A stretch of DNA of 64,000 nucleotides from Escherichia coli (lineage in GTDB: Bacteria; Pseudomonadota; Gammaproteobacteria; Enterobacterales; Enterobacteriaceae): assembly GCF_003334305.1 (NCBI RefSeq), contig NZ_QOWS01000013.1. The stretch is one strand, 5' to 3'. Below, one piece after another: positions 43,390-54,895 of the stretch (positions are counted from its first letter, which is position 1; every line of letters starts with the position of its first letter). The position numbers and the translations under genes are program-made. Below the pieces are notes generated by a model, which saw only the letters and a list, made by a program, of their open reading frames with translations, had not been told where the DNA came from and did not search any database.

Positions 43390-43965
43390 CTATTTAATAA
43401 ACGTAAACGCTGTGGTTACCCGCTTTACGCCGCTCACCCGGCTGGCAATATCTGCCGCCGCTTTCGCTTCACGTTCAGTCACCAGCCCCATCAGGAACAC
43501 TTCACCGTTTTCGGTGGTCACTTTCACGTTGGACGATTTCACCAGGTCGCTGGTTAAGAGCTGCGAACGCACTTTGGTGGTGATCCACGTATCGTTAGAT
43601 GCTTCGCCCAGACCAATCGGCTGGCCCTGACGAATCTCGTTATACACTTCGTTGGCACCGTCTACGCCCATAGCAATCTGTTTGGCGCGAGCCGAAAGTT
43701 CAGCGTTTGGTGACTGCCCAACCAGCAGCACTTTGCCCTGATACGCCGTGACATTAATACGGGTTTCTTTCTTAATCTGTTCGTCTTTCGACAATGCGCT
43801 GTTCACGCGCACTTCCAGGGTACCATCGTCCACCTGGGTGCCGACACTGCGTGGGTCAGTTGCGGCTTTGGTACCCACAGCAGCGGTACCCACTACGGCA
43901 GCGGCAACACAACCTTGCAACAGCAGCGCGGAAATAAGGACTGCGATTGGCGATAATGCCTTCAT
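43390..43965 (-). CDS. dolP: Dual-BON-domain outer-membrane lipoprotein DolP (YraP)
   Basis: 191-aa ORF; lipobox LQGC. Confidence 0.92.
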   Translation of the reverse strand: MKALSPIAVLISALLLQGCVAAAVVGTAAVGTKAATDPRSVGTQVDDGTLEVRVNSALSKDEQIKKETRINVTAYQGKVLLVGQSPNAELSARAKQIAMGVDGANEVYNEIRQGQPIGLGEASNDTWITTKVRSQLLTSDLVKSSNVKVTTENGEVFLMGLVTEREAKAAADIASRVSGVKRVTTAFTFIK

Positions 43966-43974
43966 GTATTCTCC

Positions 43975-44565
43975 TTAATCATCCTGGTGAGGGAAAAGCG
44001 TGTTATCGATCAGATCGCACAGGCAATTTACCGTCAGCATATGCATTTCCTGAATGCGAGCACTACGATGCGAAGGAATGCGGATCTCCACATCCTGTGG
44101 CCCTAACAAACCTGCAAGCTCGCCGCCGTCATAGCCGGTCAATGCCACAATGGTCATATCACGCGTAACGGCGGCTTCAACTGCTTTAACAATATCGCGG
44201 CTGTTGCCACGGGTGGAAATGGCTAACAATACATCTCCCGCATGACCCAGCGCCCGCACCTGTTTTGCATACACTTCATCATGTAAGCGATCGTTGGCAA
44301 TCGCCGTTAAGACAACATTATCAGTATTTAGTGCAATGGCAGGTAAGCTGGGCCGCTCCGTTTCGAAACGGTTGATCATGCTGGCAGCAAAATGCTGTGC
44401 ATTGGCAGCGGAAGTTCCATTACCACAACAGAGGATTTTGTTGCCATTGAGCAGAGACTGAACCAGCGTCATGGCTGCACGGGAGATGGCATCCGGAAGC
44501 GCCTCTGCCGCCGCAATTTGAGTTTGAATGCTTTCAGTGAAGCAAGCTTTAATTCTTTCTTGCAC
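43975..44565 (-). CDS. diaA: SIS-domain DnaA initiator-associating protein DiaA
   Basis: 196-aa [34 protein letters not shown]. Confidence 0.93.
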
Positions 44566-44584
44566 GCTAATCCTTAAACCTTAA

Positions 44585-44980
44585 TTATGAGTGGTCATTA
44601 AAGGCATCCTTAATCCACTCAACCTCATTCCCGGTGAAGGCTACCACATCGAACCGGCAATCCACAGTATCAAAACTCCCATTATGACGCGCGAGCCACA
44701 AGCGGGCAGTCTGTAATAATTTGTGTTGTTTGCTGCGGGTCACACTGGCTGCCGCGCCGCCATAAAGCGCAGAGCGGCGATAGCGTACCTCGACAAAAAC
44801 GGTGGTCCGGCCTTCACGCATTATCAGATCGATCTCGCCGCCACGCTCGTTCACGTTAGCGGCGACAAATCGCAGTCCTTTGCCTTCCAGCCAGCGACGC
44901 GCTTGTACTTCCCACGCATCGCCGGTCTGTTTGGTGGTTAACTGGCGGGGACTACCTGACCTTGTTGGTACTGTAGCCAT
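44585..44980 (-). CDS. yraN: UPF0102-family protein YraN
   Basis: 131-aa ORF; 5' end overlaps the lpoA 3' end by 43 nt. Confidence 0.88.
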   Translation of the reverse strand: MATVPTRSGSPRQLTTKQTGDAWEVQARRWLEGKGLRFVAANVNERGGEIDLIMREGRTTVFVEVRYRRSALYGGAAASVTRSKQHKLLQTARLWLARHNGSFDTVDCRFDVVAFTGNEVEWIKDAFNDHS

Positions 44981-46974
44981 GATAACTTCCTGTTAATCAC
45001 GCAATCCGGGTTTGCCGTCAGGCTTCCGGTATTACCGTTGATTTCAAAACCCTGAACCTGGCGCATTTGTGAGAAATGATTTGCCAGCGACCAGGCATCG
45101 ACGCCCATCGCATACATGCGAGCCAGTGAATAATCGTTATTCACCGCGCTGAGTGCCTGCTGCATTAACGGTAGATTACCGCCTGCCAGCATCGGGATTT
45201 CGCTGTACTGCAAGCCTTCCATCTCCAGTCGGAAATCCGGGCCAGCGGTCCCTTGCGCACTGCGGGAGCTGGCGTACAGCGTTGCACCGCTCTGGCTACC
45301 GTTACGCATGGCGATCATCGGTTTGATAAAAGCGATTTCACCCGGCGTTGCCACAATGTACACCGCATCGACACGACCGCCATTATTGGTGAACTGGTCA
45401 TCGGTTGGCGTGGTTTGCAGCGTTGGATTGTTGGTCGTCATGCCGGAGTCGGTTGTCGCTCTGGGAGTAATCGGGCTACCCGTTAAAGCAATACCAGAAC
45501 CGCCGTTAACACCCGCGCGTAATTCGCTGGTGGAACCAAATTTTTGTTGCAGAACGGTGCCGCCGCCTAGTTTCTGCCACTCTTGCGCAAACGCATTGGC
45601 TACGCGATCGCCCAATGAACTGCGTGGGATCAGCACCAGCGGCGCTTGTTTACCCTGGTCACGAATATGACGCGCTGCATCGCGCGCTTCGTCTTCCGGT
45701 GAAAGCGCGAAGTAACAAATATTGACGCGGTTTTCGATATTCTCCGGCTGGTTCAGTGCCAGCACGTTCAGCGGGGTGTTGCTCTTAAGCAACTCTTCAA
45801 CGTTATTTTTCAGCAACGGACCAACCACAATACTCGCGCCATCCTGCTGAACCTGGCTTAAGATCTGGCTAAGTGGTTGTGATGAGGTATCGTAGATTTT
45901 CAGTTCTGCGGATGGATTCGCTGGCGCGCTTACCGCTGTGGTGGTTGCTGCCGGGGTGCTTACAGGCGCTGGCTGTGCCGCAGGCTGTTCACCGGTCAGA
46001 TCGCTAACCGAGGCTTGTGCCGGGCTGGCAACGCCATCCGCAGTTTGCGGCTGAGGTTGTTCAGCTACGTCTGCGGCAGGTGCGGCAGCTACCTGAGCCG
46101 CCACTGGCTGAGTGCCGATATTTTTCGCCGCTTCAAAGCCTTGCTGAATAGTGCGACCAAATACCGCTGCCTGGCCATTCAGCGGCAACAGCAGGGCGAT
46201 TTTGTTGGTCGAGGCTGGTTTAAACGCTTTTACGTTAACCAACTGCGTTGGCAGCATTTTCGCGCCCGGATTGTTCGGATAACGTTTTTGCCAGTCGGCG
46301 ATCCCGGCTTTCATCATGTCGGGATCGTTACGGTTATCAAACCAGACGCGCTGCAGATCCAGCCAGCCTTGCAGAATATTTTCGTCGGCGTTGATCACCA
46401 GCGTATTCGCCTGTTCCTGAGTCATGGAGGAGAGCGCCTGCCAGGTGGCATCAATATTCTGCTGTTTTTCTTTCGCGCCGAGCAGCGGTTCCTGAGCAAT
46501 TAACGCGCGCAGTAAATCAATGGAAGGACGCCCCTGGCTGGCATCGATTTTTGCCTGCCAGTAACGCGCTTGCTGGTTTTGTTCTAAATCGGCAGGTGTG
46601 ATTTTCGCCAGCAAGTTTTGCGCGCCAGCAAAATCTTTCTGCGCCAGTTTAATCTCTACCGCCAGCAGTGTTTTCTCGCGACGCTGAGAATCGTTCAGTT
46701 CTTGCGGTAGTTGGTTAAACAACTCAACCGCCTGCCCGGTTTTACCTTCTTTCACCAGTGCACGAATGGCGAGTAATTGCCAGTTGATCCTGGTATCATC
46801 AGAGCTTTGCTGCATCTGCTGAAGATAAAAGGCAGAATCAGCCTGCGCCGTGCCCTGCATATAAGCAGTGGACTGATCGGGAGTATGGGTGCCACAACCG
46901 GCGAAAATCAGGGCTGCCAGAACAACAGGCAGACAACGCGCGGCTTTCAAACGAGAAAATGTTGAGGGTACCAT
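44938..46974 (-). CDS. lpoA: Outer-membrane lipoprotein activator of PBP1A, LpoA
   Basis: 678-aa ORF; lipobox FAGC; TPR N-terminal half. Confidence 0.93.
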   Translation of the reverse strand: MVPSTFSRLKAARCLPVVLAALIFAGCGTHTPDQSTAYMQGTAQADSAFYLQQMQQSSDDTRINWQLLAIRALVKEGKTGQAVELFNQLPQELNDSQRREKTLLAVEIKLAQKDFAGAQNLLAKITPADLEQNQQARYWQAKIDASQGRPSIDLLRALIAQEPLLGAKEKQQNIDATWQALSSMTQEQANTLVINADENILQGWLDLQRVWFDNRNDPDMMKAGIADWQKRYPNNPGAKMLPTQLVNVKAFKPASTNKIALLLPLNGQAAVFGRTIQQGFEAAKNIGTQPVAAQVAAAPAADVAEQPQPQTADGVASPAQASVSDLTGEQPAAQPAPVSTPAATTTAVSAPANPSAELKIYDTSSQPLSQILSQVQQDGASIVVGPLLKNNVEELLKSNTPLNVLALNQPENIENRVNICYFALSPEDEARDAARHIRDQGKQAPLVLIPRSSLGDRVANAFAQEWQKLGGGTVLQQKFGSTSELRAGVNGGSGIALTGSPITPRATTDSGMTTNNPTLQTTPTDDQFTNNGGRVDAVYIVATPGEIAFIKPMIAMRNGSQSGATLYASSRSAQGTAGPDFRLEMEGLQYSEIPMLAGGNLPLMQQALSAVNNDYSLARMYAMGVDAWSLANHFSQMRQVQGFEINGNTGSLTANPDCVINRKLSWLQYQQGQVVPAS

Positions 46975-47037
46975 AATGTATCCAGTGATATTTTTTTACG
47001 CAATGCTCAATATTAAATCGGCAATACGGACGACACA

Positions 47038-47898
47038 ATGAAACAACACCAATCGGCGGATAATTCTCAGGGCCAGCTTTACATTGTACCGACGCCAATC
47101 GGCAATCTGGCGGATATCACCCAGCGTGCGTTAGAGGTATTACAGGCCGTTGATCTGATTGCCGCCGAGGATACTCGTCACACCGGTTTATTGCTGCAAC
47201 ATTTTGGGATTAATGCCCGGTTGTTTGCGCTGCACGACCATAACGAACAACAAAAAGCCGAAACGCTGCTGGCGAAGCTGCAAGAAGGGCAGAACATTGC
47301 GCTGGTTTCCGATGCCGGAACGCCGCTAATTAACGATCCTGGCTACCATCTGGTGCGTACCTGCCGTGAAGCGGGGATCCGCGTGGTGCCGCTACCCGGG
47401 CCGTGTGCTGCTATCACTGCGTTAAGCGCAGCGGGTTTACCCTCTGACCGTTTCTGTTACGAAGGCTTTTTACCTGCCAAATCAAAAGGCCGCCGTGATG
47501 CGCTAAAAGCCATTGAAGCGGAGCCGCGCACGCTGATTTTTTATGAATCTACCCACCGTCTGTTAGATAGCCTGGAAGATATCGTTGCGGTATTAGGCGA
47601 ATCCCGCTACGTGGTTCTGGCGCGTGAGCTGACCAAAACCTGGGAAACCATTCACGGCGCGCCCGTTGGCGAGCTGCTGGCGTGGGTAAAGGAAGATGAA
47701 AACCGTCGCAAAGGCGAAATGGTGCTGATTGTCGAAGGTCATAAAGCACAGGAAGAAGACTTACCCGCCGATGCCCTGCGCACGCTGGCGCTGCTACAGG
47801 CAGAACTGCCGCTGAAAAAAGCGGCGGCGCTGGCCGCAGAAATTCACGGCGTGAAGAAAAATGCGCTGTATAAGTATGCGCTGGAGCAGCAGGGGTAA
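47038..47898 (+). CDS. rsmI: 16S rRNA C1402 2'-O-methyltransferase RsmI
   Basis: 286-aa [18 protein letters not shown]. Confidence 0.94.
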
Positions 47899-47909
47899 CA
47901 GTGCCGAAG

Positions 47910-47943
47910 CGTTGCGTTAATCAAAACGCAACGTCTTCTTTTA
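47910..47943 (+). terminator. Hairpin plus T-tract after rsmI (between convergent rsmI and yraK)
   Basis: CGTTGCGTT-AATCAA-AACGCAACG followed by a T-rich run. Confidence 0.6.
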
Positions 47944-49032
47944 CCGCACGATGACGGTAATGGTGGCTGTGCCCTGAAATTTTCCTGTTTCCAGCTCACC
48001 ACCGACCAGATTAACTGGCCAGGCGCGCATATTGACGGTGCCATGCCCGGAAGGATCAACGGGAAGGATACCGTTCTGAAAAGGAATATTTGCAACTCCG
48101 CCGCCGAGATTTTCAATACGAATACCGACATCGGGCACATTGTCTGAACTTCTTCGCCTGGCGACCAGGTTGTACTGGTCTACTACCCCAGTTGTACCGT
48201 CGATGCGCATTTGCAACGAGTTTTTAATCTTTGAAGTATCACCACAGTCATAAGTGATATCAAAGTCTACTGGAGTAAAACCGTCTGGCATGGCATTGCG
48301 GGTGGTAAACTTCTGACCATTGATGAATCCAAAATTAACCTTAATAACATCGCCCTGATTAATTTTGCACGACTGTGGGGCGGTGAGATTTCCCTGAATC
48401 GATAACTTGACTAAATCATGGAAGTCACCTGTAGACGGGCTTCCCATTCCATCGACCCACGCGCCTTTAATGACGGCAATATCCGTTTTCGGAATGGTCA
48501 TCGAGCCGAGAAATGGCTTGGTGACATACAGGGTAAAGGTGGTGTTCGCACCAATATTAACGGGTCCATAACGAGACGTATCACCCTGGCAAACACCCGT
48601 TTGGGTTGCAGCAGAATATACCGTGTTGTTTTTTATCTGTGTGAATCGGGTGTTAACAGAGACAACCTGGTCGGTTGTGAGTCCTGGAATGTCGTTTGCC
48701 TGTAATGTGGTTTTAATATCCAGGCTGTCATTGAGTTTGTAATATCCTGTCTGATGTCCAGTGGTGGTAAGTACGGGGCTGACCATATAGACAAGTTTAA
48801 CTGCCTTACCCGCAGAGCAGGAACAGGCGTATTGCCAGTTAGTGCTACTTAGCGTTGCAGAGGTAAACTCCCGTCCTGTCACGTTATCTGTCTGGTTCAC
48901 CGTAACATCATCAACCACACTGCTGTAATTTGTCGCACCGCTAGTGCTGTCAGCGCCACACCCTCCTGAGGAGGCATAAGCGCAGGATGTGGATATCAAC
49001 AAAAGTCCTGTTATAAGAGGCGCTCTTTTCAT
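47941..49032 (-). CDS. yraK: Putative fimbrial adhesin-like subunit YraK
   Basis: MKRAPLITGLLLISTSCAYA signal peptide, 363 aa; last gene of the chaperone-usher operon; the ORF track extends 86 codons upstream into yraJ. Confidence 0.85.
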   Translation of the reverse strand: MKRAPLITGLLLISTSCAYASSGGCGADSTSGATNYSSVVDDVTVNQTDNVTGREFTSATLSSTNWQYACSCSAGKAVKLVYMVSPVLTTTGHQTGYYKLNDSLDIKTTLQANDIPGLTTDQVVSVNTRFTQIKNNTVYSAATQTGVCQGDTSRYGPVNIGANTTFTLYVTKPFLGSMTIPKTDIAVIKGAWVDGMGSPSTGDFHDLVKLSIQGNLTAPQSCKINQGDVIKVNFGFINGQKFTTRNAMPDGFTPVDFDITYDCGDTSKIKNSLQMRIDGTTGVVDQYNLVARRRSSDNVPDVGIRIENLGGGVANIPFQNGILPVDPSGHGTVNMRAWPVNLVGGELETGKFQGTATITVIVR

Positions 49033-49042
49033 TTTTTTATCC

Positions 49043-51559
49043 TTAATGGCACTGCGCCGTGCCTTGTAATACAGAGGTTGTTGGTTCTGAATCCGGTGTA
49101 CTAAAAGCAAACTGACATTGTTGATCTGCCTGATTTCCCCAGCGTACAGTCCAGCTTTGTGATTTACTCGATATCCCAGAGAGATATAGTATGCCGCCCT
49201 CATCGACGATACTTTGTTGCCCCGTCTCATCGTTGCTGGCAAGAGCGCCAAAGGGCAACGGTTTACCGTTGCGATCGCTGACTGTAACAAGTACGCGATA
49301 ACCGATATTGGCGTTGAAACGCGCCGCTACCATTGCACCTCTGTTGGGCACCACAAACTGTGTTGTTTGTTCAAGATCGACGTTATCGGGCAGCTGCGTA
49401 GTATCTACCGAGAGACGGTTTTCCTGGTAAGTCGTGAGATAAGGAACCACTGCATAGCCAAAGGGATCAGTAGCAATCCCCGGATAGTTTTGTATCCTCA
49501 CGCCAGAAGCCCCATTAGCATCGATAAGCGCAAAAGCGTTGCCCAGATATTGCGAGAGCGTCACGCCATGAGGATGGATAACCACGCCGCCGGTAACGCC
49601 GTAATTGTATTGGCTGCTGTCATTACCGTAGCTGTATCCGGCACTGAAGGTGCCATAAGGTGAACGGTAACTGGCGTTCAGGCTACTGTTATGGTTGTTA
49701 TCGTCATCCAGACTTTGTTCCAGGCTATAGCTCAGGCGACCATCATCCAGCAGTGAGCCATCAAGACGCATTTCATGTTGGGTTGGGCGATCTTTCTGGC
49801 TGGTCATCTGATAGGAAACCCGGCTACGCGGTAACCAGCGTTCTAACGGAATACTGAGATTCAAAGAGAGTGCACGGTCATTATTTTCATCAGTGTAGCG
49901 GCTGTATTGATAATTCAGGCTGTAACCAATTCCCCATTGCTGGCCGGAAACCCCAACAGAGATATTCCTGTTTTTCTCGTTATTGCCCCAATAGTCTTGC
50001 TGCGAACCGGAGGCATACAGACTTACCCCATCAAATATTGTCTGGCTGATGTTGAATTGAATTTCACTTTTTTGGCGACTGTTATAGTCCCAATTGCGGG
50101 TATTGGCTTCATCAAAACTAAAATAGCCATCGTTGGTATAGCGATAGTAGCTAACAGCGATATTGGTGTTGGTTTCCGGGATATCTTTGATGTACTGCGT
50201 ACGCCATTGATAGCCATGAAAAGAGTGCTGGTTATCGAATTGGGTGTCAGCTCTGTTGATATCCATCGACAACGCGCCCAGTGCGCCAAGTGTGCCGCCG
50301 ATACCGATCCCCAGCGCATAATAATCTTCAGAACCGAGCAGGCCGCCATACAGCGTAAAAGTATTATTCAAACCATATATTGCCGTGGCTTCAGCAAATT
50401 CTGGTTCCTTGCTATCACTGTTTGCATCAGCGCGATAGCGTCCAGCGGTCGCGCTATATTTTAGATGCCCAGGTCGCTGCATCATGGGTAATGAAGAATA
50501 AGGCTGGATAAAGCGACGTTGTGTACCGTCACTTTCTTCAATCGTGACTTCTAAATCGCCGCTGTTGGAAGAGGGGTAGAGATCGTTAATTTCAAAGGCA
50601 CCCGCTGGCACGTTGCTTTGATAGATCACATAACCATTTTGCCTGATAGTCACGATTGCACTACTGTTTGCGATACCGCGTACCGTTGGGGCAAATCCGC
50701 GCTGGCTGTTTGGCAACATATTATCGTCGGAAGCGAGTTGCACGCCAGTAAAGGTGTAGCTGGAAAAAATACTGCCGCTGGTGGCGCTTTCTCCCAGAAG
50801 CAACTGAGACTTCAACGCCTTGATATCACGTTGTAAATAACTACTGATAGTGTTCCAGCTTGACGCCTGATCGTTGCGTGTCCACGTAGAATAGTTACGT
50901 AATCGCCAGGGGCCAAAATTAGCACCATTTTGCATATTCAGGTACTGTCGTTGGCTACGATTGCCCTGGCGGTAACGGTTATCAGAACCTGTAAACGAGT
51001 AGTTGGTAAACAGCGTTGGTATACCATCGTCCCAACGAGAAGGGGAGACGTAACCTCTTGCATCACGGTACAGTGCAATTTGGGGAATGCTCAAATTAAG
51101 TCGCTGATGATTGAAATCAAATTCAGCAGCTGTACCGGGAATGATTTGTTCAAGCGAGTTGATCACGCTATCGTCATCTTTTTCAGCCAGCGCCGGGATT
51201 TCATCCACCTTAATACCCAGCTCACGTAGTTGTTCTACCGTAAACTGTGGCTGCAGAAGTTGCTCTGCATTGGCGGTAAATGTAATTTTTTTCTGTGAAA
51301 CCTTCTTTTTATTCAGCCAGATATCAACCTGATAAGTTCCTGGTAGTTGTGCGTATTTTTTTGAAAAACGTGACAGATCAGTTGTTTGCATACCACTTTT
51401 TGTAGTTTCCAGCATAATGGGGTCGAAATAATACTCTTCGGCGTTAGCGGTAGTGCAAAGCATGCCGCTGCCAGTGAGCACCATCGGCAAACAGCGTTTG
51501 ATGATGAGCGCCAACTGTTTCGGTGTGCGTTTATGTCCCTGGTGGTGTCGTTGTGGCAT
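49043..51559 (-). CDS. yraJ: Fimbrial outer-membrane usher YraJ
   Basis: 838-aa ORF with signal peptide; usher-family size and position. Confidence 0.9.
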   Translation of the reverse strand: MPQRHHQGHKRTPKQLALIIKRCLPMVLTGSGMLCTTANAEEYYFDPIMLETTKSGMQTTDLSRFSKKYAQLPGTYQVDIWLNKKKVSQKKITFTANAEQLLQPQFTVEQLRELGIKVDEIPALAEKDDDSVINSLEQIIPGTAAEFDFNHQRLNLSIPQIALYRDARGYVSPSRWDDGIPTLFTNYSFTGSDNRYRQGNRSQRQYLNMQNGANFGPWRLRNYSTWTRNDQASSWNTISSYLQRDIKALKSQLLLGESATSGSIFSSYTFTGVQLASDDNMLPNSQRGFAPTVRGIANSSAIVTIRQNGYVIYQSNVPAGAFEINDLYPSSNSGDLEVTIEESDGTQRRFIQPYSSLPMMQRPGHLKYSATAGRYRADANSDSKEPEFAEATAIYGLNNTFTLYGGLLGSEDYYALGIGIGGTLGALGALSMDINRADTQFDNQHSFHGYQWRTQYIKDIPETNTNIAVSYYRYTNDGYFSFDEANTRNWDYNSRQKSEIQFNISQTIFDGVSLYASGSQQDYWGNNEKNRNISVGVSGQQWGIGYSLNYQYSRYTDENNDRALSLNLSIPLERWLPRSRVSYQMTSQKDRPTQHEMRLDGSLLDDGRLSYSLEQSLDDDNNHNSSLNASYRSPYGTFSAGYSYGNDSSQYNYGVTGGVVIHPHGVTLSQYLGNAFALIDANGASGVRIQNYPGIATDPFGYAVVPYLTTYQENRLSVDTTQLPDNVDLEQTTQFVVPNRGAMVAARFNANIGYRVLVTVSDRNGKPLPFGALASNDETGQQSIVDEGGILYLSGISSKSQSWTVRWGNQADQQCQFAFSTPDSEPTTSVLQGTAQCH

Positions 51560-51588
51560 TCCCTGATGACCTGTGTTTTTTATATTTG

Positions 51589-52284
51589 TTATTGCAGTGG
51601 ACGAGTTTCTGTCCCGGAACTGCCGCCATAATCATTGATTGCAGCCCATTTCACGTTCTTTCCGCCAGATGCAGGAAGTGGTAACTGTTTATGTTCTCCG
51701 GGCGCGATATATTCAATTTTGCTTGTGAGATCGGTTTTATCGACTGCCAGTCCGGCAAATACGACGTAATATTCAGTTGGGTTATATATATTGAGTGAAT
51801 GGTCACTACGTTTAAATTCCAGTGATGTCCACGCATCGTTTACCCGTCCCTTCAGGTGTGCGGGGCGATAAAACATTTTGATCCGTGTTTTAAATACCAG
51901 CGTCAACTCGTTAGCATTAACATCATCTGATTTTTTCTTTGCTGGAATGGCACGAACATTAATGTAGAACAGCGACTCTTTATTTTCAGGCAGGTTATCA
52001 GCTGTTTTAATAATTCGCAGTGATGAGTCATCGCCAGCTTCAAGACGAAATAGCGGTGGGGTTATAATAAATGGGGCACGGCTTGTACCATCTATATTAT
52101 CTACCCATGATTGCAGTAAATAAGGCGTTTCTGCGCCTTTGTTTGCGACAGGTAACGCAGCCTCTTTGCGGCTGGCATCATAGATCACTCGCGTTCGCTG
52201 TAAAACGATACCCCCTGCAAGCGCCTGGCCGATACAGAAGCTACACAACAAGGTTATTATCACCGCGAATGTTCGTTTTGACAT
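51589..52284 (-). CDS. yraI: Periplasmic fimbrial chaperone YraI
   Basis: 231-aa ORF with signal peptide, PapD-like. Confidence 0.9.
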   Translation of the reverse strand: MSKRTFAVIITLLCSFCIGQALAGGIVLQRTRVIYDASRKEAALPVANKGAETPYLLQSWVDNIDGTSRAPFIITPPLFRLEAGDDSSLRIIKTADNLPENKESLFYINVRAIPAKKKSDDVNANELTLVFKTRIKMFYRPAHLKGRVNDAWTSLEFKRSDHSLNIYNPTEYYVVFAGLAVDKTDLTSKIEYIAPGEHKQLPLPASGGKNVKWAAINDYGGSSGTETRPLQ

Positions 52285-52363
52285 AGTTATTTTTCAACCT
52301 GATACAACGAGAAAGAGGAAGGAAAAGGGCGTTATCTGAAAGGTCAGATAACGCCGTAACGTA

Positions 52364-52948
52364 TTAACGGTAATCCAGCGTTACGTTAACGACAGCGTCT
52401 GCTTCCCCTGGGGTGATTTCTGATGCTTCAACGGTTGATACGTAGTAAGCGATGAGGTCAACATTGACAATACCATTGGAGTCCGCTGGGATCTGATAAA
52501 CCGTGTTATCATTCCCCATAGCATTCAGTGGCATAAGGTTTCCGCTTTCCGCATCGTCAATACGGATACCCACACCTGTTGCCGCTGTGCCAGCAAAAGA
52601 GCCCACTTTTGCCAGATTAGGGAAGTTAGGGACGGTGCCATTATCCCGCGTTTCCAGCCATAAACGGAAAGACGCTTCAACGTTGCCGTTATCGTGCTCC
52701 CACCCAGTCACTGGGCAGTTAACTAAAGGAATAGTGAATGGAATTTTTGGGCTACGATCGCCAACAGAACGAAACTGTTCGGCATTATAGTGACCAAGAG
52801 CAACTTCAATTTTCTTATCAGAGTCATTGATTTCACAAGCGGATTTTAAAATCTCGCCATCAAAAACTATTTCACCATCGGTTGCAGCGGCATTACCTGC
52901 GAAAAGCGCAAGTAAGCCCACAATAGCTGTTTTTGTAACTTTATTCAT
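52364..52948 (-). CDS. yraH: Major fimbrial subunit-like protein YraH
   Basis: 194-aa ORF with signal peptide; first gene of yraHIJK. Confidence 0.88.
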   Translation of the reverse strand: MNKVTKTAIVGLLALFAGNAAATDGEIVFDGEILKSACEINDSDKKIEVALGHYNAEQFRSVGDRSPKIPFTIPLVNCPVTGWEHDNGNVEASFRLWLETRDNGTVPNFPNLAKVGSFAGTAATGVGIRIDDAESGNLMPLNAMGNDNTVYQIPADSNGIVNVDLIAYYVSTVEASEITPGEADAVVNVTLDYR

Positions 52949-53347
52949 TTATAACCTTATCCTTGTAACAAGTACATAATCATATTTAATGTGAATATAT
53001 GTTCAACATCTTTAAAGATTATACAGGTAGAAATATTTCATTGAACATTAAATAGACTAAACTTTAAGATTATATTTATATGCAAATATTTTATGTTTTT
53101 ATTATATTGATATGAATTTTCTATGTGTTAAAAAGAGTATAAATGCCTGACTTTGCTGCGCCAGGGGCCGAGTCAGAATACGAGGTGATTTATTAATAGA
53201 ACAAGTTATATGTATATCTAAAATTAAATTGTTGAACATAACTCCTTTTGCTATTGGCGTTATGTTCAACCCAGTCAAATGTTATTTAATATAATGCGTG
53301 ACTGTTGAATAAGTTAATTTAAAAATTTTGAGCAAATTTTCATCTGG

Positions 53348-54103
53348 TTAGGTATTAATTAAACAAATAAAGTTACTGTGCAGCCATAAAAACGAAGCCG
53401 GGATAGCGGTGGAGACTTTAGCCGTGAGAAAACGTTCTGTCGCATCCTGCTTTCCTTCGCCAGTCACCAATAACAAAACCTCGCGGGCATTGAGAATATC
53501 CTTCAGGCCTAAGGTGATCCCACGAGTCACGGGGCGACCCGTGGTTTTTAACATCTCATGTTGCTGTGTTCTGGCATCAAGTTGACTGATATGGCAGGCC
53601 GGTTGTAGGCTTTCTCCCGGTTCGTTCAGCCCAAGATGACCGTTTTTCCCCAATCCTAGAACGCATAAATCCAGACCGCCTTTGCGCGCAATCAGGTTCG
53701 TTACCCGTTCGCACTCTGTCTCATTTATCTCTTCGGAGCGAAAGCTGATGAGCTGGTCTTCACGCAGCCCCAGCGGCTGCACGATATGCTGTTGTAGGAA
53801 AGTTTCGCAGGTGCCAGGCATCGTTAATGGCAGATCCACCCATTCGTCGAGCTTCACGAAGGTGAGCTGGCTGATATCAACCTGCTGCTGGTGGATTTTT
53901 TCTACCAGATAATGATACGTCAGTAATGGCGTGGCTCCGGTCGCCAGGCAAATCACGGCATCCGGTTTGCTACGGATCACAGCCAATAAATATTCGCTGG
54001 CTCGTTCACTTAACGCCGTATAGTTTTCAACTTGCTGAAGGGTTTGCACAGGATGAAATTCCTTAAGTAAAGAGGCACCGCCAGAAGCAGTGCCTCGTTC
54101 CAT
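53348..54103 (-). CDS. agaI: Putative galactosamine-6-phosphate deaminase/isomerase AgaI
   Basis: 251-aa ORF, NagB-like. Confidence 0.9.
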   Translation of the reverse strand: MERGTASGGASLLKEFHPVQTLQQVENYTALSERASEYLLAVIRSKPDAVICLATGATPLLTYHYLVEKIHQQQVDISQLTFVKLDEWVDLPLTMPGTCETFLQQHIVQPLGLREDQLISFRSEEINETECERVTNLIARKGGLDLCVLGLGKNGHLGLNEPGESLQPACHISQLDARTQQHEMLKTTGRPVTRGITLGLKDILNAREVLLLVTGEGKQDATERFLTAKVSTAIPASFLWLHSNFICLINT

Positions 54104-54895
54104 TTACAAAATGCCGAATGCGGAACAAACAATAGAGAGCACAAAAGTCACGCCGATTAACAGCACCGGATGCGCTTTTTTCACCCGCAGGAAGTAATAC
54201 ATCAGCAGGGTGTAGGCCATCGGTAAAATGTTCGGGAAGACTTTATCGAAGAAATCCTGTTGCAGCGCGACGCTGTGGGTACTGTCGATGGCAAACGATG
54301 TCACCACGTTAATATGCACATACGAAGCGATCAGCCCGCCGATTACCGTGATCCCGAGGATGGTTGCCGAGCGAGCAATCATCTGCGAGTTCTCTCGCAC
54401 TTTATCGATCGCCTTCACGCCGACTGAATAACCGACGTGGGTCCAGCCGACGCGCAGGAAAAAGATAAGCAGGTAAACGGCGAAAAATAGAATCGGCCCC
54501 AGCAGGTTTCCCTGGCTGGCAAATGATGAGCAAATTCCCGCCATAATCGGCAACAAAGTAAACCAGAAAATCGCATCGCCAATCCCGGCGATTGGGCCAA
54601 ACAGTGCCACTTTGAGGCCTTTAATGGTGTCGCGGTTTTCTCCTTTTTCTTCCATCGAAATTAATAACCCCATCAGGAATCCGACCAGATTCGGGTGGGT
54701 ATTAATAAATTCGAGGTTATCTTTCATCGCCGCGCTTAAGCCCGGTTTGTCGTCCTTATAAATCTTTTTCAGGATCGGCAACATCGCCCAGGTAAAACCG
54801 CCCGCCTGCATCCTTTCGTAGTTAAAGCTCGCTTGCAGCAGCGACGAACGAAAGCCCAGACGGGTGATATCTTTTTTACTGATTTCAGATCCCAT
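54104..54895 (-). CDS. agaD: PTS galactosamine-specific EIID component AgaD
   Basis: MGSEISKKDITRLGFRSSLLQASFNYERMQAGG, 263 aa; start overlaps the agaC 3' end. Confidence 0.9.
   Translation of the reverse strand: MGSEISKKDITRLGFRSSLLQASFNYERMQAGGFTWAMLPILKKIYKDDKPGLSAAMKDNLEFINTHPNLVGFLMGLLISMEEKGENRDTIKGLKVALFGPIAGIGDAIFWFTLLPIMAGICSSFASQGNLLGPILFFAVYLLIFFLRVGWTHVGYSVGVKAIDKVRENSQMIARSATILGITVIGGLIASYVHINVVTSFAIDSTHSVALQQDFFDKVFPNILPMAYTLLMYYFLRVKKAHPVLLIGVTFVLSIVCSAFGIL

Noticed and set aside
52949-53347. AT-rich agaI-yraH spacer as a possible invertible fimbrial switch (fimS-like)
   Set aside because: I could not find a pair of inverted repeats flanking the region, and there is no recombinase gene nearby. 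The repeated TGTT-N-AACA motif is reported separately as a finding.
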